Source: Candidatus Gemmiger avicola
GTDB taxonomy: Bacteria > Bacillota > Clostridia > Oscillospirales > Ruminococcaceae
Direction: 5' to 3'
DNA: 64,000 bases
Assembly: GCA_019118805.1 (NCBI GenBank)
Contig: DWYG01000190.1
Span: 13,434-77,433, forward strand
This document shows positions 58,074-64,000 of the stretch, piece by piece. The number at the start of each line of letters is the position of its first letter. Positions within the stretch are counted from its first letter, which is position 1. Position numbers and translations under genes: made by a program. A model generated the notes under the pieces. It saw nothing but the letters and a program-made list of their open reading frames with translations, was not told the DNA's origin and ran no database searches.

Positions 58074-58345
58074 TCAAACAAAAAGCGGCCGCCCCGGGAA
58101 GGACGCCCGGAACGGCCAAAGAACAGGCGAAATCGACAAAGGCCTGTGAGTCCATTGTACACAACAACACGCGAAAGCGCAACCCCCTCAAGGCCCTGCT
58201 GGTCGCCTTTGGTGCGGCGGGCTGGGGGCTGGCGTGCGGTGCGGCGCTGCCGCCGCTGCTGGGGCTGTGCCCCTGGCGGCCGGGTCCGGTCGCGCTTGGC
58301 CTGGCGCTGCTGGCGCTGGGCGCGTGGGCGGAGGTGAGCGAGTAA
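58070..58345 (+). CDS. Hypothetical phage membrane protein
   Basis: AAAGGAG RBS; two C-terminal hydrophobic segments. Confidence 0.55.
   Translation: MIKQKAAAPGRTPGTAKEQAKSTKACESIVHNNTRKRNPLKALLVAFGAAGWGLACGAALPPLLGLCPWRPGPVALGLALLALGAWAEVSE
58076..58182 (-). ncRNA. Candidate ~70 nt antisense sRNA embedded in an early-operon ORF
   Basis: Minus strand TTGCGC-17-TACAAT (58182-58154); hairpin ggccgttccggg/cccggggcggcc plus gctttttgttt, with G-U pairs valid only on the minus strand. Confidence 0.55.
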
Positions 58346-58848
58346 TGCCGTTACCGCCCGCCCCCTGCGGCAAAGCCGACACCTGTGAGCATTGCCCCTA
58401 CCCGGATTGCCGCTATGACGGCCTGTCCGCCATGGAGTACAAGGCAAGCTACAGCGCCGACGCCGATGCGCGCCACAGCAACATGGACAAGCGCGCAGAC
58501 CAGCGGCGCGCCTACCGTGAGGCCAACCGGGAGAAGATCGCGGACCAGCGGCGCGCCTGGTATGAGGCCAACCGGGAGAAGATCGCGGACCAGCAGCGCG
58601 CCTACCGTGAGGCCAACCGGGAGAAGATCGCGGACCAGCGGCGCGCCTACTATGAGGCCAACCGGGAGAAGATCGCGGACCAGCGGCGCGCCTGGTATGA
58701 GGCCAACCGGGAGAAGATCGCGGACCAGCAGCGCGCCTACCGCGAGGCCAACCGGGAGAAATATAACGCATATCAGCGCGAATATTACAGACGAAAGAAG
58801 GAACAACGCAATGAACGAAAAAACGAAGCCGAACACCCCGGCGGCTAA
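58345..58848 (+). CDS. Phage protein with N-terminal Cys cluster and 15-aa charged tandem repeats
   Basis: CGKADTCEHCPYPDC followed by (QRRAYREANREKIAD)-type repeats; GGAGGTG RBS. Confidence 0.7.
   Translation: MPLPPAPCGKADTCEHCPYPDCRYDGLSAMEYKASYSADADARHSNMDKRADQRRAYREANREKIADQRRAWYEANREKIADQQRAYREANREKIADQRRAYYEANREKIADQRRAWYEANREKIADQQRAYREANREKYNAYQREYYRRKKEQRNERKNEAEHPGG
58501..58761 (+). repeat. 45 bp tandem repeat, about 5.8 copies
   Basis: Units start at 58501, 58546, 58591, 58636, 58681 and 58726; constant core gaggccaaccgggagaa. Confidence 0.95.
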
Positions 58849-59410
58849 GCCCGCCGCCCCGCGCGCCTTTGCGCCGTGCCCGCCGTTTCTGCCGCCCGAT
58901 GTTGCCTTGAGCTGCACGCATGTGGATGAAAAGGGCGTCACGCTGCGGCTGTGGCCCAAGGTGGAAGCCGTCTGCGGCATGCTGAACGTCAGCTACGGGC
59001 CGGATGGCTGGGTCACGCGGCACTATGCCTGCGGGCGGGCGCTGTACTGCGGACTTGGCGTGCGCATGGACAACGCCCGGGGGGACGGGCTGTTTTACCG
59101 CGACGCGCCCTGCCCGTCTACTTACAACCTCGGCGCGGACCCGGCGCAGCGGGAAGCCGACGGCTCTTTTGTAGCCGCCGCGGCCATGTGGGGCTTTGGC
59201 GCGGGGCTCTTGCGCATGCCGGATATTTTTGTTCCGGCGGGCCAGGTGCAGGTCAACCCCGTGGCCGGGCCGGATGGCCGCACCATCCGCAGCTATGTGC
59301 TGGGCGAGCGGCTGACCGTCGACCAGATCGGCTACGACGTGGACGGCCAGGTGGAGGCCGTGCAGATCGTGCGTGCAACGGGGGGCAAGGTGCTGTGGAA
59401 AAGAAACTGA
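58811..59410 (+). CDS. Probable Rad52/Sak-like single-strand annealing protein
   Basis: LNVSYGPDGW..LYCGLGV..EADGSFVAAAAMWGFGAGL resembles the Rad52/22 pattern; position in the recombination module. Confidence 0.5.
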   Translation: MNEKTKPNTPAAKPAAPRAFAPCPPFLPPDVALSCTHVDEKGVTLRLWPKVEAVCGMLNVSYGPDGWVTRHYACGRALYCGLGVRMDNARGDGLFYRDAPCPSTYNLGADPAQREADGSFVAAAAMWGFGAGLLRMPDIFVPAGQVQVNPVAGPDGRTIRSYVLGERLTVDQIGYDVDGQVEAVQIVRATGGKVLWKRN

Positions 59411-59967
59411 TCGCCCGGCTGACCGCCTTTTATGCCCCGGCCATGACGCCCGGCGGGCGGGGGACGCTGGCTGTCAGCGGGGACTGCCTGCTGGAGGAGC
59501 AGCGCATGTTTGCCGAGCTGGAGCACCGCTGCCGCGGCCAGCCCTACGCCGTAGAGATCACGGTGCGTCCGGTGCGCGACCGGCGCACGCTGGACCAGAA
59601 CCGGTTGATGTGGGCGCTGCTGAACAAGATGGCGCTGGCGCTTTCCGGCGATACGCCGGGCAGCGTGACGGCCGAGCAGTGCTACCTGGACCTGCTGCAG
59701 GACTATGGCGCAGGCGTGGAAGTCTACCGCGTGCCGTATGCGTCGCTGCCGCTGCTGCGCCGCGCTTACCGGGTCGTGCAGCTGCTGGAGCTGCTGGACG
59801 GCGGCGACTGCATGGTGCGCCTGGGCGAGGGCAGCAGCGCCTTTGACAAGCGCCAGATGCACGATTTTCTGGAGCGCATCTTTGACCGGCTGGCCGAACT
59901 GGGCGTCGACGACGCCGAGACGGTGAGCCAGTACCGCGATTGGAGGGCCGCCGATGGACTGTGTTAA
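59395..59967 (+). CDS. NinB/Orf-like phage recombination protein
   Basis: RRTLDQNRLMWALL and GSSAFDKRQMHDFLE motifs; GTG start is estimated. Confidence 0.55.
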   Translation: MEKKLIARLTAFYAPAMTPGGRGTLAVSGDCLLEEQRMFAELEHRCRGQPYAVEITVRPVRDRRTLDQNRLMWALLNKMALALSGDTPGSVTAEQCYLDLLQDYGAGVEVYRVPYASLPLLRRAYRVVQLLELLDGGDCMVRLGEGSSAFDKRQMHDFLERIFDRLAELGVDDAETVSQYRDWRAADGLC

Positions 59968-60175
59968 GTGCGGCAGCAGCCAGGTCAAGGTCATCGACAC
60001 ACGGGCGCGCGGGCGGCGGCGCATCTACCGCAGGCGGGTGTGCTTAACGTGCGGTGCGCGCTGGACCACGGTGGAGCTGCCGGTCGGCGATTTGCGCCGG
60101 GCGGTGCAGACGGCCCGGCAGGGGCTTGATCAGATCGAGGAGGCGCTGCATGGCGAAAAGCATCCTGCAAAATGA
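59954..60175 (+). CDS. NrdR N-terminal-like zinc-ribbon protein
   Basis: MDCVKCG..VIDTR..RRRVCLTCGARWTTVE; no ATP-cone domain. Confidence 0.7.
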   Translation: MDCVKCGSSQVKVIDTRARGRRRIYRRRVCLTCGARWTTVELPVGDLRRAVQTARQGLDQIEEALHGEKHPAK

Positions 60176-60473
60176 GCGGTACTGCTACCTGTGCAAGGTA
60201 TGGTACAACCTGCGCACAGTGCGCGGGCTGGAGGAACACCATATTTTTCCCGCGGCCCGGCGGGGCCTGTCGGAGCGGCTCGGCCTCAAGGTGTGGCTGT
60301 GCCACGCCCACCATAACGAGCCGCCGCTCGGCGTACACTTTGACGCCCGCGCCATGCGCTGGCTGCAGGACGACGCCCGGCGGGCCTACGATGCAATGCA
60401 CGGCCCCGGGGCGCTGGATGAAATTTTGAGAGATAAGGAGGGCGGCCGAAATGGGCTTGCTGATCTGTCATAA
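60150..60473 (+). CDS. HNH-like zinc-binding phage protein (putative nuclease)
   Basis: CYLC..EEHHIF..VWLCHAHH..GVH; GAGGAGG RBS. Confidence 0.6.
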   Translation: MAKSILQNERYCYLCKVWYNLRTVRGLEEHHIFPAARRGLSERLGLKVWLCHAHHNEPPLGVHFDARAMRWLQDDARRAYDAMHGPGALDEILRDKEGGRNGLADLS

Positions 60474-60714
60474 TGTGATGATTGTTGGTAGTGTGGTCGT
60501 CGGCTTTTGCCTGGGGATGCTCATGTGCATCGGCCGGGAAAAGGCGGCGCGCCGGGAATGGCAGCGCCAGGGCGAAAACCACGCGATTCGCGCGCTGGTG
60601 CGCCACATGATGCGCCACAGCGCCGGGAAGTACACGGAGGACAAGCTGTTTGGGGTCTACCGCGACCTTGTCGACGCCGAAGACGCAAAAGACAAGGAGG
60701 CCGATCATGCTTAA
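60451..60714 (+). CDS. Hypothetical phage protein with N-terminal TM segment
   Basis: TAAGGAGG RBS; hydrophobic N-terminus. Confidence 0.55.
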   Translation: MGLLICHNVMIVGSVVVGFCLGMLMCIGREKAARREWQRQGENHAIRALVRHMMRHSAGKYTEDKLFGVYRDLVDAEDAKDKEADHA

Positions 60715-61114
60715 CGTTGTCGCCATCCAGGGCCGCCTTGTGGCGGACCCGACCGTGCGGATCACGACGACCGGCAAAAAGGTCGCGTCGTTCCGCCTGG
60801 CCTGTGACCGCGGCCTTGTCGACTGGCTCGACGTCGTTGCCTGGGAGCAGCGCGCCGGTTTTGCTGAGCAGTATCTCGGCAAGGGCCAGTTGGTGGCCGT
60901 CAACGGCCGCCTGCAGAGCCGCAGCTACCAGGACAAGACCGGCGCGAACCGCCAGGCGGTGGAGATCGTCGCGGACGGCATCCACTTCTGCGGCCCCAAA
61001 GCGCAGGCCGCGCCCGCTGTGGATGAGGGCGGCTACGCAGGCCCGGCGGGGCAGCAGGCCCCGGCGGACGACAGCTACACACTGATCGAGGGCGAGGGAG
61101 ACCTGCCCTTTTGA
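60707..61114 (+). CDS. ssb: Single-stranded DNA-binding protein
   Basis: MLNVVAIQGRLVADP, KGQLVAVNGRLQSRSY and acidic DLPF C-terminus. Confidence 0.93.
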   Translation: MLNVVAIQGRLVADPTVRITTTGKKVASFRLACDRGLVDWLDVVAWEQRAGFAEQYLGKGQLVAVNGRLQSRSYQDKTGANRQAVEIVADGIHFCGPKAQAAPAVDEGGYAGPAGQQAPADDSYTLIEGEGDLPF

Positions 61115-61130
61115 CCCATAGGAGGTAACG

Positions 61131-62045
61131 ATGGCAAGGCCGGAGCTGACCGGCTGCCCGTACTTCCCGCTTGACTGTGCTTTTTTTGACGACCGGAAGC
61201 TCAAGCTGCTGCGCGGCGAATTTGGCGGCAAAGCAGAGACCGTGGTCGTCCGTCTGTGGTGCATGATCTACTCCGACGCCGGGTATTATGTCCGGCTGGA
61301 CGACGATGAGATCGCACTGTTGGCGGACAGTCTCGGCCGTGGCTTCGAGGTCGGTTACATCCGGGAGGTTATCAAGGGGGCGTGCAAACGTGGCCTGTTT
61401 GATGAGGCCGTTTTTGCAAACTTCCAGGCGCTTACCAGTAAGGGCGCACAGCGCCGCTACTGCGAGATCAAGCGCAAAAAGAAAACCATTTCGGTCATAC
61501 GCGAATATTGGTTGCTCACGCCCGCCGATTTTGAAGGCGGGGGAGAGGAACTCTTATTAAAGTTGAGCTTTTTTAGCGTTTCCGGCGAAAAAACGGCAGT
61601 TAATGCGGAAGAAACGGCAGTTAATGCGGAAGAAACCCCACAAAGAAAAGAAAAGGAAAGGAAAGGAAAGAAAAGCAAAACGCCGCGGCCGTCCGGCGCA
61701 CCGGCCGACCCGGCGGCGGTCCTTGCCGCGTTTGCCGGGCAGGACACAGCGCTGGCCGAACGCCTGCGCGATTTTGCCGAAGACCGGGCGCAGCGCAAAA
61801 AGCCTTTGACGGCCGTGGCTGCCCGGCGGCTCTGCGTGCGGCTGGGCAAGCTGGCCGATGAGGCCGGGGTATATGACCGCAGCCGCTACATGCAACAAGT
61901 GCTGGATGAGGCTATCGCGCACGGTTGGCAGGGCGTTTTCCCGGCCAAAGAGTTTGCGGACGCGCCGCCGCCCGTGCACATCGGCACGGCGCGGGACATG
62001 CCCCGGGCCATCCCGGCGGGCGCGGACATCACGCAATACCTGTAA
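61131..62045 (+). CDS. Phage replication initiator (DUF4373/Lin1244-like N-terminus)
   Basis: YFPLDCAFFDDRKLKLL..LTSKGAQRRY; internal repeats; C-terminal GWQGVF; directly upstream of the helicase. Confidence 0.75.
   Translation: MARPELTGCPYFPLDCAFFDDRKLKLLRGEFGGKAETVVVRLWCMIYSDAGYYVRLDDDEIALLADSLGRGFEVGYIREVIKGACKRGLFDEAVFANFQALTSKGAQRRYCEIKRKKKTISVIREYWLLTPADFEGGGEELLLKLSFFSVSGEKTAVNAEETAVNAEETPQRKEKERKGKKSKTPRPSGAPADPAAVLAAFAGQDTALAERLRDFAEDRAQRKKPLTAVAARRLCVRLGKLADEAGVYDRSRYMQQVLDEAIAHGWQGVFPAKEFADAPPPVHIGTARDMPRAIPAGADITQYL
61591..61680 (+). repeat. Candidate phage origin: 21 bp direct repeats followed by a purine/A-rich tract inside the initiator gene
   Basis: (aaacggcagttaatgcggaag)x2 plus partial copy; then aaagaaaagaaaaggaaaggaaaggaaagaaaag. 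Confidence 0.6.
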
Positions 62046-62057
62046 GGGGGGCGCGGC

Positions 62058-63368
62058 ATGGGAAAAGATCTGACACCGGCGCAGCGCCACCAGATGGCGA
62101 TGATCGGCGGCGCGCTGGTCGCCCCGGAAAAGGCGCGGGAAAGCGTTATGCGCTTGACCCCGGCCATGTTTGACGAGGGCGGGCTGCGCGATGTGTTTGC
62201 GGCGATCTACCAGCTGACCTTTGCCGGGGCGGGGCTGGACCCGCTGACCGTCGCGGCCAAAGCGGGCGACCAGTACCGGCCGCTGATTTTGGCCGCCGCC
62301 GATACGCTGCCGAGCATCTCGCACATTGACGATTATGCGGCGCTGGTCGTGGAGGATTACCGCGCGCGGCTGCTGGGCGAGGCGGTCGGGGCTGCGCAGG
62401 GCGGGCTGCTGTCCGGCGAGACGGCAGACGCTGTCTGCGAGCAGCTGCGCCGCGCCCTGCGCATGCAGGAGGCAATCTTGTCCGCCCAGCAGGACAGCAC
62501 CGCGCGCGGGTTTGACGCCACGCTGGACGACGTGCTCAAGACGCTGGCTGCGCCGGATACCTCGCTCAAAACCGGCTGGAAAGAGCTCGACTATTTTGGC
62601 ATGTTCGAGCGCGGCAACACCGTTGTCATCGGCGGCCGGCCGGGCAACGGCAAGACCGATTTCGCGATGAACCTGGCCGGGCGGCTGTCCAGCCGGTACA
62701 AAGTCTACTATCTGACGCTGGAGGAGACGCGGCAAAAGCTCATGATGCGCCTGCTGTCCAAGGTGTGCCGCATCGACGCCAACCGCCTGCGGGACCGCCA
62801 GCTGGACGATGAGGAGCTGCAGACCGTGCGCAACGCGGCGGATGGCCTGCGCGGCCACAGCCGGTTGATCTTTGACGATGCGGCCGATGTCACGGTCGAG
62901 GGCGTGCGCGCCAAGCTGCTGCGCCACAAGCCGGATATTGCGTTTGTGGACCACATCGGCCTGCTGGCCCCCGGCGACCCGCGGCAGAAAGAGTACGACC
63001 GCATCAGCGAGATCACACGGCAGTGCAAGCTGATGGCCAAGCAGATGGATATCGTGCTGGTGGAGCTGTGTCAGCTCAACCGCGTGGCCGCGCGCGGCGG
63101 CGAGCGCTACGCCAGCGCGGCGGACCTGCGCGGGTCCGGCACCATCGAGCAGGATGCCAACGTGATCCTGTTTGTGCAAAACGCCCCGGCGGATGCGCCC
63201 GAACTGCACGGTGCAGACAGCTACCGGGAGACCGGCGTGCGCATCGCCAAAAACCGCGACGGCGCGCTCGGGACCATCCGCATGCGGTGGCAGCCGCAAT
63301 ACCACGATTGGCAGCCCGACGCGCCCACGCAGAAAGAGCTGGAAGAAATGGACCCGTTTAAGGATTAG
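62058..63368 (+). CDS. dnaB: DnaB-like replicative helicase (phage)
   Basis: GGRPGNGKT, FVDHIGL, QLNR, DLRGSGTIEQDAN and IAKNRDG motifs. Confidence 0.92.
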   Translation: MGKDLTPAQRHQMAMIGGALVAPEKARESVMRLTPAMFDEGGLRDVFAAIYQLTFAGAGLDPLTVAAKAGDQYRPLILAAADTLPSISHIDDYAALVVEDYRARLLGEAVGAAQGGLLSGETADAVCEQLRRALRMQEAILSAQQDSTARGFDATLDDVLKTLAAPDTSLKTGWKELDYFGMFERGNTVVIGGRPGNGKTDFAMNLAGRLSSRYKVYYLTLEETRQKLMMRLLSKVCRIDANRLRDRQLDDEELQTVRNAADGLRGHSRLIFDDAADVTVEGVRAKLLRHKPDIAFVDHIGLLAPGDPRQKEYDRISEITRQCKLMAKQMDIVLVELCQLNRVAARGGERYASAADLRGSGTIEQDANVILFVQNAPADAPELHGADSYRETGVRIAKNRDGALGTIRMRWQPQYHDWQPDAPTQKELEEMDPFKD

Positions 63369-63381
63369 GAGGCAAGAAACC

Positions 63382-63816
63382 ATGGAATATCATAGCAAGT
63401 ATGGCACGGAGATCATCCTGCGCGTGCACCGCAGGGATATCGAGCGGGCGCGGATTGAGCCCGCCGTGAACTTTGCAAGCCGCACGGCCCCGAATAAGGC
63501 GCAGTTTGACCGCTGGCTGGACAAAGGCGCGGTGCGCGTCTGGCTGTATGAGAGTAAGGTCGACGGCGGCCGCGGCGCAATCGTCGGGTGTTTCGACTGC
63601 CCGGGCGTTGCGCGCGCCACGGCGTGGCGGGCACGGGGCCCGCGGCTGAGCGACGGCACTTATTTTGTCGGCAAGGACTTTTGTCTCTGGCGGGTGCGGG
63701 ATTTGCACCTGTTTGCCGCCGCGCAGACGCGCGAGCGTTTCGGCCTTGCCTGCCCGCCCGATAGCTGGGTGCGGGTGCGGTGCAGGGCAGAGGGAGGCAG
63801 CGATGCGGAGGTTTAA
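63382..63816 (+). CDS. Hypothetical phage protein, possibly ASCH/PUA-like
   Basis: VWLYES..GAIVGCF and W.V.DL..FGL..PPDSW pattern; AGGAGG RBS. Confidence 0.45.
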   Translation: MEYHSKYGTEIILRVHRRDIERARIEPAVNFASRTAPNKAQFDRWLDKGAVRVWLYESKVDGGRGAIVGCFDCPGVARATAWRARGPRLSDGTYFVGKDFCLWRVRDLHLFAAAQTRERFGLACPPDSWVRVRCRAEGGSDAEV

Positions 63817-64000
63817 GCGGTTTGTCAGCGATGTTGTGGACACCGTCATGGCGGGCGTCATGATGGTGCTGCTGCTCGGCGGATCGGCGGTGGCGGCGGT
63901 TGTCATGATCGTGCTGGGGGTGATCGGCGCGGCCGCTTCGGCGGTGGTTTGGGCGGCGGCCGAGCTCTGGCGGGGTGTGACCGGGCACCTGCCGGGCGTG
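63803..64000 (+). CDS. Hypothetical membrane protein (runs off the window end)
   Basis: GGGAGG RBS; MRRFKRFVSDVVDTVMAGVMMVLLLGG.. hydrophobic; open to the window end. Confidence 0.5.
   Translation, partial: MRRFKRFVSDVVDTVMAGVMMVLLLGGSAVAAVVMIVLGVIGAAASAVVWAAAELWRGVTGHLPGV

Larger units (their letters stand above)
52266..64000. mobile_element. Temperate prophage (lysogeny, early and replication modules), extending beyond the window
   Basis: att-int-accessory-cI / cro-xis-recombination-ssb-rep-dnaB gene order; tightly packed overlapping ORFs. Confidence 0.92.

Noticed and set aside
58501..58761. Possible CRISPR array
   Set aside because: Units are contiguous in-frame coding repeats with no unique spacers, and there are no cas genes in the window
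52412..64000. Diversity-generating retroelement or known anti-phage system in the prophage
   Set aside because: No reverse transcriptase, TR/VR pair or recognisable defence-family motifs in the visible part

Overview
GC-rich chromosomal segment, probably from a Clostridia/Oscillospiraceae-like gut bacterium (inferred from gene content, Gram-positive-type RBSs and a sporulation-type promoter). Positions 1-52.2 kb are host genes: a copA-csoR copper module; a 22 kb Gram-positive mannose/N-glycan utilisation locus (ABC transporter, two GH38-type enzymes, GH130, GH20, GH3, MFS, ROK kinase, LacI regulator, manA, phosphomannomutase); a flavodiiron protein; a radical SAM/SPASM - membrane protein - tandem AAA ATPase - UvrA-like run; a SpoIIQ-like M23 peptidase; a P-type II ATPase and mntP with TWO yybP-ykoY (Mn2+) aptamers; an M18 peptidase and gluQ; a second copA; and uxaC/uxaB/uxaA. 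Intergenic regions carry a family of GTAG-type REP-like palindromes. From 52266 to the window end lies the left part of a temperate prophage, bounded by the 3' half of a tRNA-Asn (att site): integrase, HIRAN membrane protein, CI/Cro switch, small inserted genes, SPFH protein, excisionase, recombination genes, SSB, replication initiator and DnaB. Most noteworthy: the uncharacterised radical SAM locus, the second Mn aptamer in the mntP 3' region, two compact antisense promoter-terminator (sRNA) cassettes in the prophage, and an internal RBS that could release a CopZ-like chaperone from copA. All protein calls come from motif recognition by eye; no database searches were run.
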